Source: Azolla caroliniana
Taxonomy: Eukaryota > Plantae > Polypodiophyta
Length of the DNA: 64,000 nucleotides
Reading direction: 5' to 3'
Assembly: GCA_043228905.1 (NCBI GenBank)
Contig: JBHGNT010000010.1
Location: 17,050,001 to 17,114,000, forward strand
The notes below the pieces were generated by a model. That model saw only the letters and a list, made by a program, of their open reading frames with translations. It had not been told where the DNA came from and searched no databases. The translations under genes were made by a program, and so were the position numbers. Position 1 is the first letter of the stretch; the number at the start of each line of letters is the position of its first letter. Of the stretch, positions 1 through 13,899 are shown piece after piece.

Positions 1-846
1 GCCAAGGCGAAGCAAGAATTTATCAATTGGCAGCGAATTATGAGGCTGGATGCAGTGCGCATAAATGCTGACTGGGTTCAACTCTCTTCCTCTCAAGCAA
101 ACATATCAAAAGGAGTAGCCAATCAACTAGCTATGGAGGTGGGCTTGAGGGATAATATATTAGAGCCATCCTTGCAACATCACGCTGCAAGATTGGTGTC
201 CATACTGGAAGTATATGCCTTATATGATCCTGAGATTGGATACTGCCAAGGAATGAGTGACCTTCTATCACCATTCGTTGCCCACTTAGATGAAGATTAT
301 CAAGCCTTCTGGTGCTTTGCATCATTTATGGATGCTGCTCGGCACAACTTCAGGATGGATGAAGAGGGTATTAAGCGGCAATTGCAAACAGTTTCCCGAA
401 TTGTGAAGCACAGTGATCCGCAGCTTTACAAGCATTTTGAGAAGATTGGTGCTGTTGACTGCTATTTCATCTACAGAATGGTAGTGGTCCTCATGAGGAG
501 AGAACTGTCCTATGAGCAAACAATATCCTTCTGGGAGACTCTCTGGGCAGATCGAACTGCAGTGAGGCTTGATAAAGTGAAGATGTCCTGCAGGCGAGGT
601 CGGGGTAAAGCCCCACCCACTAATGATCTACTCCTTTATGTCATAGCTGCTGCAATAAGGCAGAAACGAAGGGTGATCATGGACAACTGCGTGTGCATGG
701 AAGAGGTGCTTGAAGAATGCAATGGCATGTCAGGAAATCTGAATATATGGGTCCTCTTGGATGATGCACGGAGTCTAATAACATCGTTTCATCATAAAAT
801 CTCTGATGATTTATCTAATGGAGTCCTCGTCAAAAAAGAAGGATGA
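1..846 (+). CDS. TBC-domain Rab GTPase-activating protein (RabGAP22/gyp7-like), 3' part; 5' end lies upstream of the window
   Basis: The frame is open from base 1 (AKAKQEFINWQRIMRLDAVR). It has the TBC motifs LDAVR (arginine finger), YCQGMSDLLSP (glutamine finger) and YFIYRMVVVLMRRE...LWE. Stop at 844-846. Confidence 0.92.
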   Translation, partial: AKAKQEFINWQRIMRLDAVRINADWVQLSSSQANISKGVANQLAMEVGLRDNILEPSLQHHAARLVSILEVYALYDPEIGYCQGMSDLLSPFVAHLDEDYQAFWCFASFMDAARHNFRMDEEGIKRQLQTVSRIVKHSDPQLYKHFEKIGAVDCYFIYRMVVVLMRRELSYEQTISFWETLWADRTAVRLDKVKMSCRRGRGKAPPTNDLLLYVIAAAIRQKRRVIMDNCVCMEEVLEECNGMSGNLNIWVLLDDARSLITSFHHKISDDLSNGVLVKKEG

Positions 847-1959
847 CGACATACACACAAACAACACACAGAGGCATTTCTAATTGCTGCCCGCCTGCCT
901 TCAGTATTGGAAAGAGACGGAACTAACCGCATGATCTTTCTTCTACTTTTTGGTCTCATCTCGAGTCCTACAATTTTGCTCCGCACATACATACATACAT
1001 ACCTGCACATGTATAAGCTTCTACTAAATATGCTTATAATGTCTCATCAAAGGTTAGGTAGGCGAGGCGCCTCTTGTAAATAAAATGTGTATATATAATG
1101 AATGAGGAAATGCACCTTGCTTTGACTCCAATTTGTCTCTGAATCTGTGTGGGATAATTTAAGTAATGAGCTCCAGCAATAACATTTAACATATGTATGG
1201 ATGAGTCACTGCCCTGCATTGACACTCCAAACCTCATCTCAGAATATTTGTGATTGTTTGGGTGAGAGAATTATGTTCGTAGCAAGGAAAGGGATACATG
1301 CACCATTAGTCCAGCAATTGCTTTCACTGTAAGCGTTGAGCAACATAATCTCCGGTGATGCTAGCCAAGGATTTATGCATATCATTGGTTGTCTTGATTT
1401 GCAATTCTAATATCTCACAACCGTACCGTACCGTACCTTTGCTTTTCTTACTTTGTTGAATTCCTTTTTCATTGTTCCTGGCCGATATGAATTTGGAATA
1501 CGATCTTTAGGCCCATTAGTATGTACTAGCTAAGGTAGAAACCACCTTTCACATGTCAAAGTATAGAATGGGATGGGGTGTTTCACATCTAACATAGATG
1601 CTGGGATGGAGTGATGCACTTGTTTTATGAGTTAAAAGCTTGCTAATGAATCAATGATATTATAAAGAGAGGGCGCCAAACAACAAGCAAGCACGGAAAG
1701 TGCAAATATATACATATGTATATGATATTTAGGCTTCAACGACTAGAAACCTTAGAAATATGCCATCAATTTACAGGTGGTTATTAAGCAAAAGGTGTAA
1801 TTTAAATGGTTATGAAACCTAACTTTAAAATTTATCATTCTACCCCTCCCCTAATTTTTAGACTACCCCACTCCTCATCTTTCATAATTTCAGAATCTAA
1901 CCTGTTACCCCTCCCCTACTTTTCATAATTCTCCCCCTTGCCCCTTGCCCACCCGCCCT

Positions 1960-2962
1960 TCACGATATCGAGTCCGCCCGCCAATGACCATGACGATCAC
2001 GATAACCTCGTTTACATGAACTCTACTAGCGATCACCTTACGACTGAAGCTCATCATGATTCCTTCCTTGCCTCTTGCACCTCACACTTCCATTTGAATG
2101 TAAATTCTTGATGCATGGAACCAAATTCTATTATTCAAATGTAATTACTCAATCGGAAGTCAACTCACAATCATGGGCTTCCACTACCACCCACCTATTT
2201 TAAATAAAAGAATGTATACTCTAGGAGATTGGAAGGATCAACAATATTATACTTCATGAGCTTTTATTTTATTTTATTATCAAAGTACTATTTCATGTTT
2301 GTCATTACTCATAACCTCATGATGCATTGCACTAGTCTTTATATATATAATTATATATCATTCACCCGTGAATTGGATACATTCATGTTTATACAATTTT
2401 AACAATGAATCACTAACCAAGAATAGGATTATTAAGTGCTTGGTAAATATGGAGTTCTCTTAATAAATAATAAGCATTTCATTTTGGTAGGCTAGTATTT
2501 AGGGGCAAGGGCAAGGGCTAGTAATACATATAGGCAAGCATTCAATATTAAGGTTTATCTAAGTACACCAAAGCCTAATAGACTCCCAAAAAAGTGCCAC
2601 TTGTTTAAAAGTTTTGTTTGTTATCTTCCTATAAAAGTCTTGTTACATGTTAAAATAAACAAATTATAAATGGTGAAATAAGAAAAAACAACAAAAAATA
2701 AAATGTGAATACACAAAAAGATGCGGCCCTTCATCTAAGACACGCCTTTTAAGGGACATTATGTTTCATTGCAAAGACATTATTGGCAACTACTTAGTCA
2801 CATCATTGTACATCGTTCTAATTGAATCCATACACAAAGCTAACGTAGAATCTTTATCATCTACGCGATTCGTAATTCCATGGTATCATATTAAGGAGTA
2901 TAAAAAAAGCTAACCATTAAAGATCATGCACCATCCTTGACGAATGTTAATTTGAATAGCCC
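1960..2962 (+). pseudogene. Inverted duplicate of the last ~50 codons, stop and 3' flank of the MYB-CC gene
   Basis: 1961-2111 translates TISSPPANDHDDHDNLVYMNSTSDHLTTEAHHDSFLASCTSHFHLNVNS*, matching the C-terminus of ORF 34557..35654. Alignment to the reverse complement of 33061-34708 continues to ...TTTGAATAGCCC. Confidence 0.95.
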
Positions 2963-2999
2963 TTTAGTATAGCCACGGCCTAGGCATCATCAAACTTTT

Positions 3000-5720
3000 T
3001 GGCACAAACTACCGAGTATGGAGTACGAAATGATAATTCTATTTTGGCAAACCAAAGTACAAAGGATACTAGCTTGTTAACTGTTTTTGGAGGAAACACC
3101 TTCGATGAGCCCACAGGCTATCGGTCTCAAGGGGTCGTGTTACATGAAGGCTTCTTTTACACCGAGAAGACGTTACGGGAATGGGGAGCGTACACTGGCT
3201 ATAACCTGGTAGACGTAGACGTAGCTAGGATTATGAGTACGGGGAGAACACATAGATGAAGGAACAATAAGAGCGAGATTTATATTCAATGAGAAAGCTC
3301 ACAATGAATACAGTACACGGCTATCGGTCGGAAACAGTCTTGTGTAGAGCTAAGCGCTACTATACTAATCCTGCGAGACATCTGGCATTCTGACAACTTC
3401 CAACGAAAAAGGGATTCTCTCCTATTCTCCCGATCAGACGGGTGGAATAGTGGACCCACCCTATCTCGCATTGACCACATTTATGTGGTGGAGGCTCTAG
3501 AAGCGAAGGGAGGGTGGTGTCGCATAACTCTATGCACAACCTTTTCTGACCATTACCTGGTAGTTGGTCATTTTCAATTGCACCGAAAATGGGGCCCATT
3601 CCAGACACACATCCCACACACTATTTACACATTTATAGAGGTGAATAACCAACTTTCCAACCAATGGTCACTACCCGTCAATGACTCATCAGCATCTGAC
3701 AAATTGTAGCTAAATTAACAAGAGCTTATACTCTCCTACATGAGATTGTCAACACTAGAAGCAAGGATTCAAGAGAAGTGACAAAGGACAAAACGGGAAC
3801 TAATAGCCTTACAACGACTCCAACAGAGATACCCGTCATGTATTTGGATCACAAGACAAGTCGCCACGGCCAAACGGGAACTAATAGCCTTACAATGACT
3901 CCAACAGAGATACCTGTCATGTATTTGGATCGCAGGACAAGTTGCCACGACCAAACATGAACTTAGCATGGCGGAAAAGGAAATATATGACATGGAGTTT
4001 CATGGAAGCATGGCGTGATGGATTCGAGTAGGGGACAAAACCACAAAGGAATTCTTCCGCTCCAAAGGCCCGAGGCACGCTCGAACTGTGATGCGTAGCC
4101 TCAATCGAGAGGATGAAACGACCACTGAGGATGGCGACGAAATGAGGAATATTGCCACAAGTTATTATAACCGCGTACTTATCGAAGACATTATGGCTAC
4201 AGGAGAAGACATAAGAGAAGATATTATCCTCCAAAGCATACCCGAGAAAGTCACGCCGAAAATGAATACATGGCTCGTGCGTCCCCTATCAAACATCAAG
4301 ATATGGGAGGCCCTCACTGATTTAGATGCTGAGAGTTGCCCCGGAATCGACGGCCTCACCTCGCACTTTTTCACATGCCTTTGGGACACTATTAAAGAAG
4401 ACCTCCTCCAAGCATATGAGGAGATCATCACCTCTAGAAGCATGCCAGAGGAATTTGGACAGGGGATGATACATCTCATTCCTAAAAGTGGTGGGAATGC
4501 CAACGACATTAGCAAGTGGCGGCCCATAACTCTTCTCAATACTGTCTATAAGTTGCTTGCAAAAGTCGTGGCACATCATTTAACACCACTTCTCCCTCAA
4601 CTCATTCATCCGTCCAAGACAGGTTTCGTTAGAAATCAGAGCATCCTAGACAACCTCTTCTCATTCTAGGAAGCAGTAGCCCTTGCCAAGCTTACCAACA
4701 ACAAGGTAGTGGTGGTGCTACTAGAATTTGAGAAAGCATATGACAGGGTATGCTGGAACTTTCTAGAAAGTGTGATGGGGAAACTCGGCTTTCAAGAGAC
4801 ATGGATCAAAGGCATTGCAGGACTTTATAGGAATGGAAACAGTTGCGTTTCACTGGCAGGTGAAAGGGGCCCCTTTTTCCGAATATCCCGATCTGTACGA
4901 CAGGGATGCCCACTAACTCCATCCTTATTTCTATTATATGCCGAAGCACTCTCTTGCTTTCTCAACTCGCGGCATCTCAACCTACGTGGTCTTCCCATAC
5001 CTCATTCTCACCAAAGCATCCTGGATATAGAATTTGCAGATGACGCAGCGGTCTACTTGCAAGGGGACTTGGAAAACCTCCAAAAGCTAGAAAGTGGGCT
5101 AGCTGTATTTTGCAAGAAATCCAATGCCATGATCAATTGGCACAAATCTTGCGCAATATGGCTCTCTCAGGAAACACATCTGGCGTGGCACCCACATCCT
5201 GCTTTCAATTGGATCAATCAAGGAGCGAGCACCAAATATTTGGGTTTCCAAATTGGCGTCAACATATCGCCGGAGACTATGATTGCACCCGTTATCCATT
5301 CCATTTGACAAAAGTTGATACATTGGAGCTCGAAAAAATTGTCGCTAGCGGTTCGCATCATAGTGGCAAATCAGGTACTACTCACAATCATGCTAGACAA
5401 TCTCCAAAGAAAGTATACATCAGATTCAATGACTGTTGGTTTGGTAAGGAAGACCAAGTAGCTCGCGCCAAGGTGGCGTGGCCTATACTCACAACGCCTA
5501 AGTCGAGAGGGGGATTGGGTCTTATTGATCCCCTTTCACAATCGAAAGCCTTACTTGCCAAATTTGTGGTGCGAGGACTCCAACCAGGAAATGACTATTG
5601 GAAAATGCTATTGAGGTTACGTTTCGGTTACTTTAGGCCACGAAAAGGGGTCAATTGGGCTCCCCAAACGGGATGGATTCTAAACATGGATCTCAAACCT
5701 AGTTTCTCCTGCCAATTAGA
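3000..5720 (+). mobile_element. Degenerate LINE (L1/Tx1-like) ORF2: endonuclease remnant plus reverse transcriptase
   Basis: SRIDHIYV and FSDH (endonuclease); CPGIDG, WRPITLLNTVYK, EFEKAYDRV, SVRQGCPL, FADD, KYLG, KSRGGLGL (RT). In-frame stops at ~4667 and ~5306, plus frameshifts. The 3' end abuts the MULE; the 5' boundary is approximate. Confidence 0.9.
3791..3955 (+). repeat. 81-bp tandem duplication inside the LINE
   Basis: AAACGGGAACTAATAGCCTTACAA... starts at 3791 and again at 3872. Confidence 0.9.
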
Positions 5721-8700
5721 GGATAGAGTACCAGGATACCCCTAGAAGTTCGTCTATTTACCAGAATGCCCCTCTAAGTTCCAAATATACCAAACTACCC
5801 ATATTGTGAAATGCTCTCAAAATAGCTCCCTTTCCATTACGTTCTAAGTTACATCTTATCGGCTACTCTTAGCGTGGTGGGTGTTTTCCCGCTCCAATTA
5901 GCTCTTCTAATTATGGGGGCTTGGTAGGGGCCTAATTTGGGTGTGGTCAATGTGACCCTGGTTAGGTGGGGCCTTGGTTAGGATCCATGGTAATACCACA
6001 GTTCCCCCTTGTAAAAAAAAGTTATTGTGCGATCAGAGCGCGGTGGGGCGTGGACGACGGTTTTGGGCGGAGGGATGGCACGGGCGTGGGCGTGGGCGTG
6101 GGCGTGGGCGTGGGTGGTGGTAGCTGATGGAAGGGCTTCATGCGAGACTGGTGGGCGAAGGTAGAGCGGTGTTAGAGGCGCGGCGGAGAAGGTATGTAGT
6201 GTTGCGTATCTACTTTTGAACTTCAAAGGGACCAATCCATTAGTGCATGAGCGACTCGCTTAGGCCACGACGACGGATGAAGAAATAGAGGAGGACTTTG
6301 TTGCCGGCGTGGTATTGATGGTCGGCGCGGCCTGTGTCGTGTTGGTGTTTTTGGCGTAGCTGTGCTTGGTGCAGGTTGCTCATGATGGCTTTGCAGAGGA
6401 GGAGTTGTTGCAAGTGGGACCACCATGACACTATGTCAGAGTGGAGTGGAGTGGCGTGGTTGGTTGCGGGACTGCCACTTCTGGGGGTAAGTGCGGGTCC
6501 TTGCCGTAAAGGGCCCGGAAGGGGCTAATGCGGGTGGAGGCTTGCACAACTGTGTTGTAGGCGTGTGTAACGAAGGGCAAGATCCGGTCCCAGGTCGAGT
6601 GCAGCGGATCGATGTAGACCGAGATTTGTTGTTTTAAGGTTTGGTTGAGGCGCTTTGTCAATCCATTCGTCTGCAGATGGTAGGGTGATGTGAATAATTG
6701 TTGGATTCCTAATTGTGTAGAAACGAGACGTAAGAGCTCTCTGTTGAACTGGGGTCCCCGATCAGACTAGATTTGGAGTGGGCAACCGTGGGGGAAGATG
6801 ATTTTCTCCAATAGTTTGGTGGCGACAGTCGTAGCCTTCGCATCTGGGATAGCGGCCGTCTCAGCCCAACACGTCAAGTACTCGGTTATGACGAGGATGA
6901 ATTTGTTCCCTTCTTGTGACTCGGGAAAGGGTCCCATCTGAAGATTTCAAATGGAGCTTGAACCTGTATCGGATGTAAGAGGTCTTGAGCCACTTGAGGT
7001 GATTTGATGGCCTGACATGAGTTGCATACTTTGATGTAGGAGGCGACCTCGTGGCGTAGCCCCGATTTGCATGCTTTGATGTAGGTACGGGTGGAAACGA
7101 TGGAATGCCTAGACGATGACGAGAAACTCTTTTTTCGGTTGTCGAGTAATTTTGTTCGGCTTTGGCAAGTGACTGGCTTATGTATGCAATCAGGCGTAGT
7201 TGGTCGTTGTCGTAGGATTGGAGCAGGACCGCGCCAAGGCCGACGTTGGAGGCATCCGTCTGTAGATGGAAAGGCTTCGTGAAATCAGGGTGTGCCAAGA
7301 GGTCAGAGGCTTGGAGCATTCGCTTGAGCCACAGGAAGTTGGATTCGCAGGCATCAGTCCATAGGAAGGGTGCGTCTTTTCGCAGGAGTGCGCGTAGTGG
7401 GGCTGACAGGTCGGCTAGTTGTGGGATGAAGTGGAGAGAGAACGTGAGGAGGCCGAGGAAGCGTTGAAGCTGCTTGATTGTGGTGGGGCGTGGGAATTTT
7501 TGGACTGCTTCCGTTTTCTCTGGGTCCATTTGTATTCCGTCGGAGGAGATGACGTACTCGAGGAAGCGGAGGCGCATACTACCCCAACGACACTTCTTCC
7601 ATTGCACCTGCAATCGATAGCGTTGAACACAAGTTAGGACCTCCTGAAGGACTTGGAGGTGTTCCGCCCAAGTGCTTGTATATATTAGAATATCATCTAG
7701 ATAGACGATGATGATGTGGCGGGTGATGATATCGTCAAAGATGGCGTTAGCCATTCGCTAGAATGTGCTCCCAACGTCAGATAGGCTGAAGGGCATCCGT
7801 GTGAACTGAAAAATGCATTTCCTAGTGTGGAGTGCAGTTTTGTGGGCATCTTCAGGATTCATAGGGATCTGCCAATATCCCAAGGCCAGATCGAGGGAGG
7901 AGAAATACTTTGATTTGCCGAGTTGGTCGAGGAGGTCATCGATACGAGGGAGAGGATATCGGTCATGGGTGGTGACATGGTTCAGTTGTCAGAAGTCGAC
8001 ACAAAAACGGTAAGAGCCGTCCCTTTTTTTGACCATGTGTGGCTCCGAGATCTACTCGCTCTTGGAAGGTGTGCTAATCCCTTGTTGGAGCATAGTTTTG
8101 ACAGCATTGTCGATGCGCTCGTGGTCGAGAGGGGAGCGACGTCGGGGAGCTGCATTGATGGGATGGGCGTTGCCTATAGGAATCGTGTGGTGGATCCGAA
8201 AGCGGACCGAGGGAGGCTTTGCAGGTGGTGTAGATAGCGAGGGAAAGGTGGCTAGGAGCCGTCGCATGTCGTGGATGCGTTCTGTCGGTGATACTAGGTA
8301 CTGTGTGTTGCTAATGTGGGTGGTATCTTGCGGATTAGTGAAGAGCGCAATCAAAAGGTGATTGGGGAGGATGAGCTGTTGCGAGGAGAAATCGAGACAG
8401 GCTCGATTATGGAGGAACCAATCGAAACCCAAGGTGATTGGGAATAATTGGCACGGGAGGACGTAGAAACGATGTTGGATCCGGGCGGAACTGATGGTGA
8501 GCATGCACATGACTTGCGTATGTGAGTGCTACAACCGTTGCTAGTCGCCAAAGAGGATTTTAATGGGCGGTGTGTGGCTTGTGGGAAGTTGTAATTGGGC
8601 GACTAAATCTGCGCTGATGGAAGAAATGTTGTTGCTGGAGTCGAGGAGAACTTCTTGGGTCGTGTGCTGGAGGCGGGCGATCGTGGTACAAACGGGAGAA

Positions 8701-10993
8701 GTTGATGACATGGAGGTGTGGACGTGCAGGGGCGGCACCCGCGCATTAGTTTTCCGAGAGCTCAGAGAGGGGGGCAACGTCGGCTAATTGGACGTTTTGC
8801 TTCTGTTGTTGATTTTGGCACTTTCGGTAGTGACGTCGGATGTGGCCATAGTTGTTGCAGTAGAAACATTTGGGGTTTCCTTGGCTGTCTCGTTCGGGCA
8901 ATGCACGCTCGGCGCGTAACTACGCGTTCTGGACGTCGATGTCCATGGGAGTGGCGGCTGACATAGTATTTGTATGATCGTGACTGAGATTACCTGGTGT
9001 GTGCAGGTCGTGTGCGTCTACAACTTCGATGCGTTGGGCAATGAGGATGGCTTCGTGTAGTGTCTCCGGGCCTTGATCGCGTACACGACGGTGAAGGTCG
9101 TGCTGGATACGCGGCCAGAAGAAAAACAACTTCATGTCTTCCGACATGTTGGCGTCAGCCCAACGTAGGATCTGCACAAACCGAACCACGAACTGGGTGA
9201 TGGGTTCGCGTGGCTGTTGGGCGATTGACTCGAGTTGTTGTAAGGCTGTCTGACGGGAGTCCTGATGAGCAAAATTCTGAATCATGCCTGCCTGTAACAG
9301 ATCCCAGTCGTTGCATGTCTCCTCGGGTTGTTGTACGAGCCATGTTGCTGCGATATTGTTGAGGAGTGTCTTCATTTCCATTGCCTTCCGGGGGTGTGGC
9401 CACTGGTGGTAACTGGCCACCATTTCGAAATGATGCAGCCAAGAGATGACGTCTTCCGATGGTAGGCCGGAGAATGGTTTTGGGCGAACTCGCGGGTTCG
9501 AGAGATTCTGTTGTTGCTCGGATTGTGTTGAGAGGAATGACAACATGGCTTGGTTAGTATGGTTAACTTGTAAAATAATGTTGGATAGGGCCTGAACTAG
9601 TTGGTCAATTGGCGGTGGGCTGATGTTCTTGAGTTTGTTCTTGTAGGAATTTTGGATTCATGGAGTTTGTGTTGCCGTTGTTGTTGTCGTGTTGCATCGT
9701 GGCATGTGTTGTTGGGGTTGCTTTGCCCATCTTTTCCACCAAGATAGCTCCCTTTCCATTACGTTTTAAGTTACATCTTATAGGCTACTCTTAGTACATC
9801 TTATAGGCTACTCTTAGAGTGGTGGGTGTTTTCCTGCTCCAATTAGCTCTTCTAATTATGGGGGCTTGGTAGGGGCCTAATTTGGGTGTGGTCAATGTGA
9901 CCCTGGTTAGGATCCGTGGTAATACCACAATATGTCCAAAAAAATACACTTTATAAAGTATCTATACGCTCAAATTTACAAGCCTTATTTACCAAAGTAC
10001 CCTTAAACCTAAACTTATTTACCATAATGCCACTATATACCTATTTTGACCAATTTATACCACTTTTATTTTTCAAAATACATCATAAATCAAACTAAAT
10101 TATCAAAATTATATTATATATCAAAAGTTCAATTGAAAGGTCACCTTAAAATCCAATTCTATGAATTTACACTGAGTTATACTGGCTTAATCCCATAAAA
10201 CCAAAATTTGTGATTGAAGTGATGAAAATTTAATCTTAAAACCAAAACATTTGATTGCACACCAAGTTTTTACCATTGGGATGCCATTTTGAAGACAAAT
10301 TCCATGAATTTGCGGATACACAAACAATTTGCGGCCAAAATGTTAAACCAAATCTCATGAAAAACTTTGCTACCAAAATGTGATTTTAAACGAAATCTCA
10401 CATAACACTTTGCTATTAAAATGTCATCTTAAACCAAATTTCATGATTTTACACTAAATTTTGTTAGCAAAATGCAATCACAACTAAATCTTCTCAATCT
10501 CATCAATTTAAAAAATACTCGCAAACCAAAATTAATTATCGAAATGTAATAATTACATCATACATGTTAATTTTGATCTGTCTACAATAAGTGTAATTCC
10601 AAAAATATCCACAAACTCAAATATATCTATCGACTCAACAAAATATCTAATAATGCACAATCTTCACTAAATTGGGCCCCTACAACTGTGAGCATTGTGT
10701 CCTTTCCCACGACACCTTCCACAACGATGTTCTTTCTTCTTTGTGCCTTCTTCTATTGTGCGTATAGGTTTGGTTTTTGGATGTCCAGGAGGTCTTCGTG
10801 TGGCTAGTGAATCGCTTAAGTAATGAAATTTGTGTTTGAAGGGTATTCTGGTAAATAGGGCTTGTAGATTTGAGTGTATAATTAATTTATAAAGTGTATT
10901 TTTTTGGACATAGGGGTAGTTTGGTAAATTTGGAACTTCCAGGGGGCATTCTGGTAAATAACGAACTTCCAAGGGTATCCTGGTACTTTTCCC
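5721..10993 (-). mobile_element. Non-autonomous Mutator-like element (long TIRs, C-terminal transposase remnant), interrupted by a Gypsy element
   Basis: The left TIR (5721-5804 joined to 9934-~10015) is the reverse complement of ~10830-10993. On the minus strand, 10667-10805 encodes RRPPGHPK...CGRCRGKGHNAHSC, typical of a MULE transposase C-terminus. No clear 9-bp TSD. Confidence 0.8.
5805..9929 (-). mobile_element. Defective Ty3/Gypsy LTR retrotransposon with short (~195 bp) LTRs
   Basis: LTRs at 5805-6000 and ~9742-9929; TSD ATAT at 5801-5804 and 9930-9933. PBS TGGTGGAAAAG; PPT AAGGGGGAAC. Contains gag (9546-8920, decayed CCHC CFYCNNYGHIRRHY), protease (LLDSS), RT (YLDD), RNase H (TDAS) and a partial integrase (6431-6860), with many frameshifts. 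Confidence 0.9.
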
Positions 10994-11173
10994 ATTTATC
11001 TAATAGAGAGAAAGACGATTTCTTTACCTTTCATGTAGCGCCTTTTGGTATTATTGCCAAACTACTTCTTACTCGCATGATCTTCTTAAGAACCACCTCA
11101 AGGTTGATCTGCAGGAATGTATCACCATCTACCATATGTTGGTGAGATAGGCAAGAGCATGTGTCAACCACTC

Positions 11174-11775
11174 TCAAGCTACTAACATATGAATTAACTA
11201 CTATGCAAACTCTCATCTTGTTCTATAGCCTAATCACATTAACTTAACAAAACTAACAATTAATCACATAGAAGCTTTACTATGTTTCCACGTTCTTGAT
11301 AGAACTAGAGAGAAGAAATAATAAACCACCAACACGATCAATTTTTTAGTAGTATGCTTAAATGATTACTAACGACATCCAGTTGGAGAATGGCAATGTG
11401 GGATCCTTAGCTCTTATAAATGTGTAGAATGCTCAAATGCAATAGAATCAATCTGACATGCTCTATGGGACTGATCAAGCTACTAACATATGAATTAACT
11501 ACTACGCAAACTCTCATCTTGTTCTATAGCCTAATCACATTGACTTAACAAAAACTAACAATTAATCACATAGAAGCTTTACTATGTTTCCACGTTCTTG
11601 ATAGAACTAGAGAGAAGAAATAATAAACCACCAACACGATCAATCTTTTAGTAGTATGCGTAAATGATTACTAACGACATCCAATTGGAGAATGGCAATG
11701 TGGGATCCTTAGCTCTTATAAATGTGTAGAATGCTCAAATGCAATAGAATCAATCTAACATGCTCTATGGGACTG
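11174..11775 (+). repeat. ~301-bp near-identical tandem duplication
   Basis: TCAAGCTACTAACATATGAATT...GCTCTATGGGACTG occurs at 11174-11473 and 11475-11775. Confidence 0.93.
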
Positions 11776-12796
11776 CCCAGAGACCCATCGAATATGGGGG
11801 GTGGTGGGTTGGCCACCTATTGCAATTATGTTAGGTGCAAGGCGCACAATCAAGTGGGGGAAGGTATGTTGATCATGGCAAGCCCCAATTAATAGATACG
11901 AACATTAGGAGGGGATGATGTTCGTGATAAAGACACATGAGATCTTGTTTTCCACCATTGACAATATCCACTCAACACCTATTTATGTTGAAGCTCAAGC
12001 TTGTGTTGGAATTGGTTGGGTCAATAACACTTCCAATTCTGTGAAAACTGTGGTGTAGGCAAGTCTTCTCTAATCAAACCGTGCATTAGGCGATGTTATT
12101 GCAGGAGATATGAATTGAAGTTGTAGCCACACTAGAGAGCCAATACAATGGCCTCATGGGCGGAATGGATGGAGCCGAAAGACAACGCTTAACCTTCATC
12201 AAACAATGGTTGTCCTCTCCCTTTCTTGAGTCAGTGGGCTTCCACAGAAGATGGAACTATCGTGTCCCTACTAGGATTTGTATATAAGATTCTCATCTGT
12301 AAAATTTTATAACTAATGGAACGAGTTTTTTTGGGAAAAAAGAAGAAGAGAAATATATATATTTTGGGTGGTGGGGACTTAAACTAGTTTAAAAATCTTC
12401 AAGTTCCCCTATAAGATTTTAAAACCATTTGCATGCTTAAACCTAACATTTCAACTATTAAACACTTCCAAGGAAGTTATACATCATTCCACTATGATTT
12501 CATCAACAATAACATTGAATCTATAACTAGTAGCTAATTTGCCCAAACAACTAGTTGCTAAGCAAAGAAAATATTCTCTTACTACTCAACTTGTGTTGGA
12601 TGTGATCAAGAAAGCATGTCACGATGATCAACTCATGCATGACATAGCCAAGAAAGGCACTTGGCACAACTTTTCAACTTGATTTGAAATGTTGGTCTCA
12701 TGCATATTCATCGTGGTAACGGAAACCAGAAATATTAAAATACATATGTTGTCAGGGTTGATGACATTGTCTATGAAGGGTTGCATGAGTTGAGTG

Positions 12797-13291
12797 TAAC
12801 AATCGGCAACGGTTCGGTTTGAACCGAACTGAACCGTGAAACCACGGTTTAACGACTTAACGGTTTCAATTTGGTTTCAACAGTCAAAAACCGTGGTTTA
12901 AACGATTAAACGGTTTTTATTTTTATTTTTATTTAAAATTTTTAAAATTTTTTTTAAAAAAATTCTAAAATTTGTTTTTAAACAATCTTTTCATTTTTAC
13001 ACCTTATTCTCACATTTTAGGAACATCTTAAAAATTTTAAAAATTCTAAATAATGAAATATTATAAATTTTAAAAAATTTTAAAAAAATAAAATAAAATT
13101 TGACCTATGTTGAAAACCAAAACCGAACCACAAAACCGCGGTTTTTATGGTTTAATGGTTTAACGGTTTGAAAAATGTTTAACGGTTTCGCGGTTTGGTT
13201 CAAGTTTCAAAAAAATTAAACGGTTCGGTTCCAAACCGATTCGGTTTGGACCCTCTCAAACCAAACCAAACCGAACCGTTGCCGATTGTTA
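12797..13291. mobile_element. hAT-type MITE
   Basis: TIRs TAACAATCGGCAACGGTTCGGTTTG / CAAACCGAACCGTTGCCGATTGTTA. Dense subterminal AACCG/CGGTT repeats, AT-rich centre, and an 8-bp TSD GTTGAGTG/GTTGAGTA (7/8 match). Confidence 0.85.
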
Positions 13292-13899
13292 GTTGAGTAA
13301 TTTGCGTATCGTTGTGCATTGGTATTTTTTTTCCCTTCTTAGATCATGCAAGTACGCTTGTCAATATGCACTCTCTGTCCAAAATAATGTTTTTTAATAT
13401 GAATTTGTGTGTGTTATAGGTGAAAAATATGCATGAGTTTGTGTTTATGTTCACTAATGTTTTCTATGTGCATATAATGTGTGTGTGAATGTAAATGTAA
13501 TGAATTTGTGTGTTTTATAGGCAAAAATTGTGCACAAGCTCGTGTTCATGTGTGTTTTTATAAACGTGTCAAAGCTTGCACATATATATGCTGGTATATT
13601 TATAAGCTTGTTTGTAAGTGTTGCACTTGTTTCTGTGTGCTTGTTTATAATATAGAGAGTGTAGAGAGAGGGTGACCTTATATAAAGCTCTCTTCTCCTA
13701 CTTTGTGAAGTGTCGGTTAATTTCCTTTGTAATATTTATATTGTTGAAGTTGTTCTCCACTTCCTAATACATACATCTTCTTGAGTATTTTATTTTCCTA
13801 TCTATCTTGTGTCTTTCCGCTCTCCTCTTTTACACACACATAAGACACATCTCTAATCTATTATGTTGCATAGAATCACACTCGATTCTTTACACGTTC

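Noticed and set aside
1780-1959. MULE-like TIR (TACCCCT motifs) that could make the left duplicate a Pack-MULE
   Set aside because: No matching inverted partner or TSD was found in the window.
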